NCBI GenBank assembly: GCA_964425185.1
Contig: CAYRKX010000002.1
Location: 8,791 to 72,790, forward strand
DNA: 64,000 bases
Direction: 5' to 3'
DNA from: an uncultured Eubacteriales bacterium
GTDB lineage: Bacteria; Bacillota; Clostridia; Oscillospirales; Acutalibacteraceae
The position numbers and the translations under genes were made by a program. Shown piece after piece: positions 45,932 to 54,016 of the stretch. The stretch's first letter is position 1. Every line of letters starts with the position of its first letter. Under the pieces are notes generated by a model. The model saw nothing but the letters and a program-made list of their open reading frames with translations, was not told the DNA's origin and searched no databases.

Positions 45932-46600
45932 TTAAACTCCTTTCGCATTCGGGTCCCAGATGAACTTGTGAATTTGCAGCTGCAAGGTGACACCGTTCAG
46001 CTTGTGCGTTATCATATAAGACACTATGTCGGCCGGTTCAATTCGGCCAAAGACCGGACTGAAAAAGACATGACAGTGTTCCAGCAGATGGAAGCGTTTT
46101 ATAATTTCCTCTGCGCGATGCAGGTCTGTTTCACTTCCACAGACAAACTTCACAGTGTCCTCCGGACAGAGGTGGCTGTAATTGTCATACAGCATGGCCT
46201 CCTGCATTCCGCTGCCCGGCAGCTTACAGTCGAGCGTGAAGACTGGTCTGGGCTCTGCATGGTCATACCGGGCAATAGACTGACTGCCGTTCGTCTCGAT
46301 CTCGACGGAGAGGCCGGGGATTTGGTATAATTTATCTATTAAAAGGGGTAAATCAGGCTGCAAAAGTGGTTCTCCGCCTGTTAAGGTAACCAGCTTTACA
46401 CCAGACGATTTCACTTCATGTACAAGCTGGTCATCAGAGCGTACATCCCAGTTGTTACGCGGTTTATTGGCCCAGGAAGTGTCACAGAAAGAGCAGTTTA
46501 AGTTGCATCCGGGGAAGCGAATAAAGTAGGCCAGCTGTCCGGACCTCGTCCCCTCGCCGTTTATGCTCTCAAACGTCTCGGCAATAGGAAATTCTACCAT
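45932..46600 (-). CDS. queE: 7-carboxy-7-deazaguanine synthase (radical SAM)
   Basis: 222 aa; FIRFPGCNLNCSFCDT cluster motif. ATG overlaps the queD stop. Confidence 0.85.
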   Translation of the reverse strand: MVEFPIAETFESINGEGTRSGQLAYFIRFPGCNLNCSFCDTSWANKPRNNWDVRSDDQLVHEVKSSGVKLVTLTGGEPLLQPDLPLLIDKLYQIPGLSVEIETNGSQSIARYDHAEPRPVFTLDCKLPGSGMQEAMLYDNYSHLCPEDTVKFVCGSETDLHRAEEIIKRFHLLEHCHVFFSPVFGRIEPADIVSYMITHKLNGVTLQLQIHKFIWDPNAKGV

Positions 46601-47010
46601 CAGTCCGCCTCGTAAATCGCCCGGTTGTCAGGGGTTTCATAGACAGAGACACGGGATACCGGAATGTCCTGCGCCTGGAGTTCGTCGTAGAACAGTTTGG
46701 CCAGAAGTTCCGCAGTCGGGCGAAACGGGACCGATACCACTTTAAAGTTTTCGGTCTGGAAGGCCTTCTGTGTCTCCGGACGCAGCGTGTTTTCTTCTGC
46801 AATGACACAATGGTCGTAATGGTCAGCAATAGAGCGCAGTGCCGTTTTCAGGTCTTTGAAATCCATGACCATGCCGTCCGCATTCAGCTCTTTCGCAGAG
46901 ACCTCGGCAGTCACCCGCCAGCGGTGTCCGTGAAGCCGGGCACACTTTCCCGGATATCCGGACAAAAAATGAGCGGAGTCAAAACTGGCCTCGGCAGAAA
47001 TGGTGTACAT
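46600..47010 (-). CDS. queD: 6-carboxy-5,6,7,8-tetrahydropterin synthase
   Basis: 136 aa; FDSAHFL...CARLHGHRW motifs. Confidence 0.88.
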   Translation of the reverse strand: MYTISAEASFDSAHFLSGYPGKCARLHGHRWRVTAEVSAKELNADGMVMDFKDLKTALRSIADHYDHCVIAEENTLRPETQKAFQTENFKVVSVPFRPTAELLAKLFYDELQAQDIPVSRVSVYETPDNRAIYEAD

Positions 47011-47051
47011 AGTTTGTCCTCTTTTCCGTCCGTCTTCCCGTTTTGCCCCCG

Positions 47052-47138
47052 CAAAAAAGAAAAAGCGCGCAAGTCAGTACCCGCGTGCCAAAAGTCCTGG
47101 TTTTGTTTAGAGACAGGATGGTACAAACGAACTGTCTG
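47052..47138 (-). promoter_or_regulatory. preQ1-I riboswitch (aptamer 47138-47094, terminator 47089-47052)
   Basis: Minus-strand RNA is AGACAG-UUCGUUUGUACCAUC-CUGUCU-CUAAACAAAACCAGG. It has a 6-bp P1 and a UUC-initiated loop. The tail is nearly identical to the UUAACAAAACAAGG tail of known preQ1-I aptamers. A GC-rich hairpin plus UUUUUCUUUUUU follows, directly upstream of queD. Confidence 0.65.
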
Positions 47139-47153
47139 ATAAAATTTGTCAAA

Positions 47154-47182
47154 ATTGTACTTCCATAGATTCCGAAAGTCAA
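47154..47182 (-). promoter_or_regulatory. sigma-A promoter of the que operon
   Basis: Minus strand reads TTGACT (47182-47177), 17 nt, TACAAT (47159-47154). Confidence 0.55.
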
Positions 47183-47203
47183 ATGGAGATTGGAGTAATT
47201 GCC

Positions 47204-49138
47204 ATGAAATTTGGGTTTATTAAGTCCACCTGCCTGTCCCCGTCGGTCAAGCTCGCCGACTGTGTGGAAAATTCTAAGAGAATTATTGAGGCCATGCGTA
47301 CCGCCAGTCGGGAGGGCATTCAGCTCGCCGTTTTTCCGGAGCTCTGCATTACCGGATACACCTGTGGAGATCTGTTCTTCCAGCGCACCCTGCTGGATGA
47401 GGCACGGGCTGCACTGAAGAGAATTGCCGAGGCCACATCCGGTCTGAATCTGATTGCCGTAGTCGGCCTTCCCCTCCAGGTTTACGGGAAAGTCTACAAC
47501 TGCGCCGCTGCGGTAGCCAACGGAAGAATTCTCGGCATCGTTCCCAAGACCTATCTCCCCAATTTTGCGGAATTCTATGAGAAACGGCACTTTACCCGCG
47601 CCCCGGCTCACAACGACTGGATAGACTTCGGTGAGGCGGAACCGGTTCCGTTTGGCACGGACCTTCTCTTTACCTGTGATGACATGCCGGATTTTGTCCT
47701 GGGCATTGAAATCTGTGAAGACCTTTGGAGTCCCTGCCCGCCTTCTACCAAACTGGCCATGTCCGGCGCCACAGTCATTGTCAACCCGAGTGCCAGCGAC
47801 GAGACTGTCGGCAAAGCAGAGTACCGCCGCCAGCTGATCTGCAACCAGTCCGCACGTCTGCTGTGTGCTTATCTGTATTCCAGCGCAGCTTACGGTGAGT
47901 CCACTCAGGACATGACGTTTGCGGGCCACTCTCTGATTGCCGAAGACGGCACGCTGCTCGCCGAGCGCGGACCGTTCCAGACCAGAGACTGTGTCAGCGA
48001 AATTGACGTAGACAAGCTGACTCTGGAACGCAGCAGAAATACCACTTTCGAGCCGGACAAGCCGACGGCCATGCAGAAAGTCAGTTTCCACCTGGACCTC
48101 GTCGACAACAAACTGACCCGGTATTTGAGCCAGACTCCGTTCGTTCCGACCAGTAAGGCCAAACGTGCGGAGCGGTGTGAACTCATCTTCAATATTCAGT
48201 CCCGCGGCCTCGCCACTCGTCTGGATGTCATCAACGCCAAGACGGCAGTCATCGGCATCAGCGGCGGTCTGGATTCGTGTCTGGCCCTGTTGGTAGCGGT
48301 GCGTGCGATGAAACAGCTGAATCGCCCGGCATCTGATGTCCTGGCGGTCACCATGCCGTGCTTTGGTACCACGAAACGCACCCGGTCTAATGCGGAAATT
48401 CTGTGCGAGCGGCTTGGTGTCACATTCAAAGAAGTAGACATTACGAACACGGTCCGCAGCCACTTTGCGGACATTGGCCAGAGTGAGACGGACTACAGTG
48501 TCACATTTGAAAACGGCCAGGCCCGCGTGCGGACGCTGGAGCTCATGGACATTGCCAATAAAACCGGCGGCATTGTTGTCGGCACGGGCGACCTGTCAGA
48601 GCTTGCCCTCGGATGGGCCACTTATAACGGCGACCACATGAGCATGTACGGCGTCAATACCGGTGTGCCGAAGACCCTGGTGCGCCACATGGTGCAGTAC
48701 GCTGCGGACATCAGCAAGGACAAGGAACTGTCCGATGTCCTGATTGATATTCTGGACACCCCGGTCAGCCCTGAGCTGCTGCCGGCCAAGGAGAACGGCG
48801 AAATTGCCCAGCAGACGGAGAAGCTCGTCGGGCCCTATGAGCTCCACGACTTCTATTTATACTATGTCCTGCGATTCGGCTTCCGCCCCGTCAAGATTTT
48901 CCACCTCGCCCAAGCGGCTTTTGCCGACCGCGAGGAGTATACCGACGAGGTGCTGCTGCACTGGCTTCGCAACTTCTACTGGCGGTTCTTTGCACAGCAG
49001 TTCAAGCGGTCTTGTCTGCCGGACGGCCCGAAGGTCGGATCCGTCACCCTGTCGCCGCGCGGCGACTGGCGGATGCCGACGGACGCCAGTGTCCGGATGT
49101 GGCTGGATGAGGTGAAGGACCTGCAGGGAGAAGAATAA
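47204..49138 (+). CDS. nadE: glutamine-dependent NAD+ synthetase
   Basis: N-terminal nitrilase-type domain (FPELCITGY) plus C-terminal NAD synthase PP-loop (GISGGLDS). ATG 47204 has GGAG 7-8 nt upstream. The track ATG 47183 abuts the que -35 element. Confidence 0.9.
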   Translation: MKFGFIKSTCLSPSVKLADCVENSKRIIEAMRTASREGIQLAVFPELCITGYTCGDLFFQRTLLDEARAALKRIAEATSGLNLIAVVGLPLQVYGKVYNCAAAVANGRILGIVPKTYLPNFAEFYEKRHFTRAPAHNDWIDFGEAEPVPFGTDLLFTCDDMPDFVLGIEICEDLWSPCPPSTKLAMSGATVIVNPSASDETVGKAEYRRQLICNQSARLLCAYLYSSAAYGESTQDMTFAGHSLIAEDGTLLAERGPFQTRDCVSEIDVDKLTLERSRNTTFEPDKPTAMQKVSFHLDLVDNKLTRYLSQTPFVPTSKAKRAERCELIFNIQSRGLATRLDVINAKTAVIGISGGLDSCLALLVAVRAMKQLNRPASDVLAVTMPCFGTTKRTRSNAEILCERLGVTFKEVDITNTVRSHFADIGQSETDYSVTFENGQARVRTLELMDIANKTGGIVVGTGDLSELALGWATYNGDHMSMYGVNTGVPKTLVRHMVQYAADISKDKELSDVLIDILDTPVSPELLPAKENGEIAQQTEKLVGPYELHDFYLYYVLRFGFRPVKIFHLAQAAFADREEYTDEVLLHWLRNFYWRFFAQQFKRSCLPDGPKVGSVTLSPRGDWRMPTDASVRMWLDEVKDLQGEE

Positions 49139-49285
49139 AATAGTGGCGCAGATTAGCGAATTAATTAATTGTAGAGGCAGCCGGTGCCACCGCAGGTTGG
49201 GCACGGAACATACTTCTGGATCATGTGGCCAAACCCGTCATACCTAGGGCTCCAGATCTGTAACGGCTTTCGATTTCTGTTTCAT

Positions 49286-49337
49286 AAAAACAACCCCGAT
49301 CTTTTAATCTTACTGGTTAAAAGATCGGGGATTTTTA
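49286..49337. terminator. bidirectional intrinsic terminator
   Basis: 13-bp perfect stem CCCCGATCTTTTA/TAAAAGATCGGGG flanked by A5 and T5 tracts, between convergent nadE and nagA. Confidence 0.75.
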
Positions 49338-49390
49338 GATTCTGTTTTACTTATTTGAAAATTGATGTCTGAAAAGCGGCCGGAGGCGCC

Positions 49391-50521
49391 TCACGACTGG
49401 CGAATCAAACGGCCTTTCAAAATTACTGCCTTCAGGGCAAGGGTCCCCTGCTCTACAATCAGCAGGTCCGCCTGCTTGCCGAGCGAAATGCTGCCGACCT
49501 CGTGCTGGATATTCAGGTAGCGCGCCGGAATTAACGTGGCGCTCTTGACCGCGTCCTCCAGTGGAATCCCCATTTCTTTCACGGCTGTTACAGCGCAGTC
49601 GAACACATTCGTAACGGAAGCCGCAATGGTCCCGCTCTTGAGCCGCGCTTCCCGGCCCTTCTTGAACACCGCGTGTCCGCCGAGCTCATACTCCCCGTCC
49701 GGCATTCCCGTGGCCCGCATGCTGTCGCTGATTAAGCAGATGCGGTCCGCTCCGAAAATTCGATACGCATTGCGCACCATGCTCGGGTGGTTGTGCACCC
49801 CGTCAGCAATGAGTTCCACAGTGCACGCCGGGTCGTCACTGGCCGCACCAATGGGGCCTGGCTCCCGGTGAGCAAACGGCGACATGGCATTATACATATG
49901 GGTCAGGTGTTCGGCTCCGTGTCGCATGGCAAGAGCCGCTGTCTCATAATTGGCCGCCGTATGGGCGATGGACACGTGGGTCAACCCGTTGAGCTCATCG
50001 ATAAAGTCGAGTGCGCCGGGGAGTTCCGGAGCTAAATCGCAGATGAGGAGGCGGTTACCGGAAAGTTTCTGCATGTCCCGGACAAACGAGGCGTCCGGCA
50101 GAATAAGATTCGAAGTCTCCTGGGAGCCGCACTTTTCTGCGGAGACGAACGGGCCCTCCAGGCGGAAGCCGAGGATATTGGAGCCGACATGGGCTTCGCT
50201 GCAATAGTCGTTGACGGAGCCGGCAATTTTCACTAGCTGGGTTTTGGGCAGAGTCATGGTCGTTGGGACAATGGACGTCACACCGTGGTAGGCTTCATAC
50301 TGGGCAATAGTGCTAAGGGAGTTCACAGAGGCATCTGAAGTATCCGCGTTCAGGGCGCCATGGATGTGGAGGTCAATGAACCCCGGCATGAGGTAACAGC
50401 CGCGGGCGTCGTAGAGGTCCTGATCCTCACTGACAGCAGAAAACCGCTCTCCGCGGATGCGGACAGTCTGTTCATGAAACTTTCCGTCCTCCCGGTATAC
50501 CAGTCCATTCTCAATTCTCAT
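49391..50521 (-). CDS. nagA: N-acetylglucosamine-6-phosphate deacetylase
   Basis: 376 aa; GFIDLHIHGA, HMYNAM, LISDS motifs. Confidence 0.88.
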   Translation of the reverse strand: MRIENGLVYREDGKFHEQTVRIRGERFSAVSEDQDLYDARGCYLMPGFIDLHIHGALNADTSDASVNSLSTIAQYEAYHGVTSIVPTTMTLPKTQLVKIAGSVNDYCSEAHVGSNILGFRLEGPFVSAEKCGSQETSNLILPDASFVRDMQKLSGNRLLICDLAPELPGALDFIDELNGLTHVSIAHTAANYETAALAMRHGAEHLTHMYNAMSPFAHREPGPIGAASDDPACTVELIADGVHNHPSMVRNAYRIFGADRICLISDSMRATGMPDGEYELGGHAVFKKGREARLKSGTIAASVTNVFDCAVTAVKEMGIPLEDAVKSATLIPARYLNIQHEVGSISLGKQADLLIVEQGTLALKAVILKGRLIRQS

Positions 50522-50613
50522 GGGTGTTCCTTTCCGTTTCCAAACTCTTGAATAGGTCTTTTATTATACCTGAATTCGGGTGTATAATAAAGCTCTAATC
50601 AAGGAGGTCCACA

Positions 50614-51069
50614 ATGAAAAAAGCAATCTCACTTCTTCTGAGTCTGCTCATGGTGTTCTCGGTATTTTCGTGTCTTGCAGTCTCTGCAAGCGCTGCGAGT
50701 GCGCTCAGCCGGAACGACTTCACCTACGGCGGCCGGGAGATCAAAGGATATAAGAACTTCGTCCCGCGAGTCCTCGAAAAGGGCGATGGGTACTATTATT
50801 TCGTAGAAACTTCGGACGCCTGCAAGAGTGCCAACCGCGGCATCAATATTGGCGACAATGCAAGCCGCATTGGTGACCAGTACGGTACTGCAAAGGTCGT
50901 TCGTCTCTCGGAGAGTTCCGTACCACAGTACGCACTCGGAAATTTCACCAAGCACAGCCGCATGCGCTACACATACAGAGAAGGCGGCTCCACGTTCTAC
51001 AAGACCTTCTATATTGGTTGGAAGGGCTCCAAGGGAACCGTTACCTGCGTAGAGTATAAAAACGCGTAA
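50614..51069 (+). CDS. hypothetical secreted protein
   Basis: 151 aa; signal peptide ...LAVSASAAS; AAGGAGG SD. No family recognised. Confidence 0.55.
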   Translation: MKKAISLLLSLLMVFSVFSCLAVSASAASALSRNDFTYGGREIKGYKNFVPRVLEKGDGYYYFVETSDACKSANRGINIGDNASRIGDQYGTAKVVRLSESSVPQYALGNFTKHSRMRYTYREGGSTFYKTFYIGWKGSKGTVTCVEYKNA

Positions 51070-51102
51070 GGTGTCGCGCACACGCACAACAAGAACATAA
51101 GA

Positions 51103-51140
51103 AAAGATCGTGTCACCACCCGGTGACACGATCTTTTTTG
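51103..51140. terminator. bidirectional intrinsic terminator
   Basis: 15-bp perfect stem AAAGATCGTGTCACC/GGTGACACGATCTTT followed by TTTT. Confidence 0.8.
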
Positions 51141-51143
51141 CGT

Positions 51144-52226
51144 TTATCCAATTCCGGCAATCCGCCGCAGCATGGGCCCATCAACGGTAAACGGGGCCGT
51201 CGCCATTTTGGCGGGATTATTCAGCATGCGCTGTACAATCCGCTCCGACTCTTCCGGTGTAATATCCACAGCACCGCATGATGTCTCAAAGTACTGCTGA
51301 TACCCTTCGAGGGTTTTCAGACCGGCCAGCTCCAGGATGTGGTCCCGGTCCTCCTTTGGCGCCTCCGCCAGGTATCCGCCGAGATACTGCCCGCAGGCAC
51401 GACCGTGGGCAATATGACAGTCATAGGTCAGTCCATAACTTAAGCCATGGGGAATGGCGGTGCCCGTCTGGGCAATTGCCATGCCGGCAATTGTCGAGGT
51501 TTTCATTAAGTTTGCGTAGTCCTCATCCGTGGGCTCCCGCTTGTCGGTGAGGACGGCAAGGCTCCTGGACCACAGGGACAGGCCGGCGTCCGAACACATG
51601 CGGCTGAAATCGCTCGCTTTGGCGTTGATATAGCTCTCGGCGAGATGACACAGTGCATCGCACGCGGTGTTGTGAAGTACGGTCTTCGGAGCAAACTTCA
51701 GGTATGCCGGGTCCACCAGGGCAAGATCTGGGAAGATGGCGTATGGGATGCTCGCCTTGGTCTCCACGTCGTGCCGTGTCAAGACGGACACGCCCGTAAC
51801 TTCCGAGCCCGTTCCGCAGGTTGTCGGCACAGCTACGACCGGCAGTGCGTCCACGGGGTTGCCCTTCTCATAGAGGTAATCTGCTCCGCGGTCCTTGTGG
51901 CGAATCATCAGTGCAATGGCCTTGGCAGAGTCCATAGGTGAGCCGCCGCCAATGCCAATGACGAAGTCGACTTTCTCCTCGACGCCGTAGTCCCGCGCCT
52001 TCATGATGGTCTCCACAGACGGGTTCTGCTCAATATCCGAGAACGTGCAGTAGGAAATTCCCGCCTCCCGGAGCGCCGCATCCACGTCCAGCAGCGACCC
52101 GTTAGCCGCTGCAGAATGCCGGCCCGTAACAACCAGCGCACGCTGACCGAATTTCACCAGCTCTTTTGCGTGGTTCCGCACCGCACCGGATTCCTCATAA
52201 ATCAAGGTGGGCATGTAAAAAGTCAT
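51144..52226 (-). CDS. iron-containing (group III) alcohol dehydrogenase
   Basis: 360 aa from ATG 52226 (GGGAGGAG SD); GIGGGSPMDSAKAI motif and His-rich metal site. Confidence 0.8.
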   Translation of the reverse strand: MTFYMPTLIYEESGAVRNHAKELVKFGQRALVVTGRHSAAANGSLLDVDAALREAGISYCTFSDIEQNPSVETIMKARDYGVEEKVDFVIGIGGGSPMDSAKAIALMIRHKDRGADYLYEKGNPVDALPVVAVPTTCGTGSEVTGVSVLTRHDVETKASIPYAIFPDLALVDPAYLKFAPKTVLHNTACDALCHLAESYINAKASDFSRMCSDAGLSLWSRSLAVLTDKREPTDEDYANLMKTSTIAGMAIAQTGTAIPHGLSYGLTYDCHIAHGRACGQYLGGYLAEAPKEDRDHILELAGLKTLEGYQQYFETSCGAVDITPEESERIVQRMLNNPAKMATAPFTVDGPMLRRIAGIG

Positions 52227-53382
52227 CGTAGTCTCCTCCCACCGTGTCGTCACGGCCAATTTCTTCAAATACTTCCTCTGCCTTGACGCGATACAGGTGT
52301 TCTGCATCCTTCATAGCGTCCTCATCCGACATGCCTGGCGGCGTCGTAGCATAGATGTCTGTAACGCCCTGCAGGTAAATACGCTCATAGTTTTCACCGA
52401 GCGCACCGACAATGGCGATGCACGGAACGCCCTCCTGCTTGCAGTGTTTCGCTACACCATGAATGGCCTTGCCGTGCAGGGACTGGGTGTCCAGGCGGCC
52501 CTCGCCGGTAATGACAATATTGGTGTCCAGAAGCATGTGGTCAAAGTCGACCAGGTCGAGAATGGCCTCAATGCCGGAGCGGATCTTTCCGCGCATAAAC
52601 GCGGCAAACGAGAATCCGAGTCCGCCAGCCGCACCGGTTCCGCCGAAGTTCTCATAGTGCTCGCTCGTGAGATTGGCCACAATGTCCGCATAATGGACCA
52701 TCCCGGCCTCGAGCTCATCCAGAATTTTTTTCGTACCGCCCTTCTGCGGGCCAAAGATATAGGTGGCGCCATATGGTCCGGTCAGCGGGTTATCTACGTC
52801 GACCATCAGCGTGTAGTTGACAGCCTTGACCTCCGGCTTGACGTTCTCATCGGAAATCTTTTCCACACGGATGAGATCCCGTCCGAAGCCCTCCAGTTCG
52901 TTTCCGTCTTTGTCGAAAAACTGAAATCCGAGTGCACGCAGCGCTCCTATTCCGCCATCGTTCGTTGCCGATCCGCCCAGGGCGATTCGGATGTCTCGGC
53001 ATCCCTGTTTAATGGCGTCCAGGATAAGCTCGCCTGTGCCGTACGAGCTCGTGTTTCTCGGGTCCCGTTTGCTGACAGGGACCAGAGGAAGTCCGGACGC
53101 CTCGGCCATCTCAATAATGGCCCGGTTGTCCGGAAGCAGCCCATAAACAGCCTTGTGGGTCTTCATAAGCGGGTCATGAACTTTTACCGTGCGAAGAGTT
53201 CCGCCGGTAAACTGGGTTACTGCCCTGGCGGTCCCCTCACCGCCGTCGGCAATGGGAATACCGATGCACTCGCAGTCCGGGAACTGTTTCTTGGCGGTCT
53301 CGGTCAGGATCTCAATGATCTTCTCCTGGGACAGGGATCCTTTAAAAGAGTCCGAAGCGAAAATCATTTTTCTGGGAATCAT
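52195..53382 (-). CDS. glycerate kinase
   Basis: 395 aa; ASDSFKGSLS N-terminus and GGSATNDGGIG motif. Overlaps the ADH start by 32 nt. Confidence 0.88.
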   Translation of the reverse strand: MIPRKMIFASDSFKGSLSQEKIIEILTETAKKQFPDCECIGIPIADGGEGTARAVTQFTGGTLRTVKVHDPLMKTHKAVYGLLPDNRAIIEMAEASGLPLVPVSKRDPRNTSSYGTGELILDAIKQGCRDIRIALGGSATNDGGIGALRALGFQFFDKDGNELEGFGRDLIRVEKISDENVKPEVKAVNYTLMVDVDNPLTGPYGATYIFGPQKGGTKKILDELEAGMVHYADIVANLTSEHYENFGGTGAAGGLGFSFAAFMRGKIRSGIEAILDLVDFDHMLLDTNIVITGEGRLDTQSLHGKAIHGVAKHCKQEGVPCIAIVGALGENYERIYLQGVTDIYATTPPGMSDEDAMKDAEHLYRVKAEEVFEEIGRDDTVGGDYDDFLHAHLDL

Positions 53383-53952
53383 TTAGTTTTCCTCCTTAAT
53401 CCGATTCTCCTGGTCTTGCAGTCGTCGTATCAGCGCAGGCGCCGCTATGGTGAACCAACTGGTGTACCGCTCCGGGTGGTGGAGCAGATCTTCTTTCAAG
53501 TCTGTAATAGTCACCCACCGGCATTCGGAGATTTCCTCCGGGTCCAGATTCAGCGGGCCGTCCTCCGGGTACATTCCAAGAAAGACATGGTCGTATTCAT
53601 ATTCTGTCATGCCATTAGAAAAGACAGTGCGGTAGACAAACGAAAACTGTTCTGCAAGTGGACAGTCCGTTCCCAGCTCAGCCATCATACGGTCGTGTAC
53701 TGACTCTTCCAGCGCCACACCCGGACGCGGATGAGAACAGCAGGCATTTGTCCACAGTCCGCCGGAGTGGTATTTTCCCTCGGCCCGTCTCTGCAGCAGC
53801 ATTCTGCCGCCGGTATGAATGGGCTCCCCGTCAACGAGAAAGACGGAAAATGCCCGGTGCAGCAGTCCATTTCGGTGCGCTTCCAGTTTTTGTGCCGTTC
53901 CTATTTTGTGGTCATCCAGGTCAACCAGAATGACATCTGTATCTGCCGCCAT
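53383..53952 (-). CDS. idi: isopentenyl-diphosphate delta-isomerase, type 1 (Nudix)
   Basis: 189 aa; LLHRAFSVFL and TNACCSHP motifs. Its stop abuts the glycerate kinase ATG. Confidence 0.85.
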   Translation of the reverse strand: MAADTDVILVDLDDHKIGTAQKLEAHRNGLLHRAFSVFLVDGEPIHTGGRMLLQRRAEGKYHSGGLWTNACCSHPRPGVALEESVHDRMMAELGTDCPLAEQFSFVYRTVFSNGMTEYEYDHVFLGMYPEDGPLNLDPEEISECRWVTITDLKEDLLHHPERYTSWFTIAAPALIRRLQDQENRIKEEN

Positions 53953-53972
53953 GCGGTGGTTCCTCCTGCGTT

Positions 53973-54006
53973 AAAAAAGGCCTCCCCAGAGTGTCCGGGA
54001 AGGCCT
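53973..54006 (-). terminator. intrinsic terminator after the ABC exporter genes
   Basis: AGGCCTCCCC/GGGAAGGCCT stem (one mismatch); T6 on the minus strand. Confidence 0.6.
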
Positions 54007-54016
54007 CAAGTTAAAT

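Noticed and set aside
46979-48463. 494-aa minus-strand ORF overlapping nadE. Similar long antisense ORFs occur at 60931..62796, 52297..53703, 19085..20497, 11277..12485, 9767..10903, 25414..26421, 54167..55318, 55850..56863, 39721..40716, 41481..42458 and 30905..32236.
   Set aside because: All lie opposite genes with clear family signatures. They are rich in Arg/Gly/Val/Leu, as expected from reverse-complemented codon bias, and lack SDs and recognisable motifs. They are stop-poor antisense frames, not overlapping genes.
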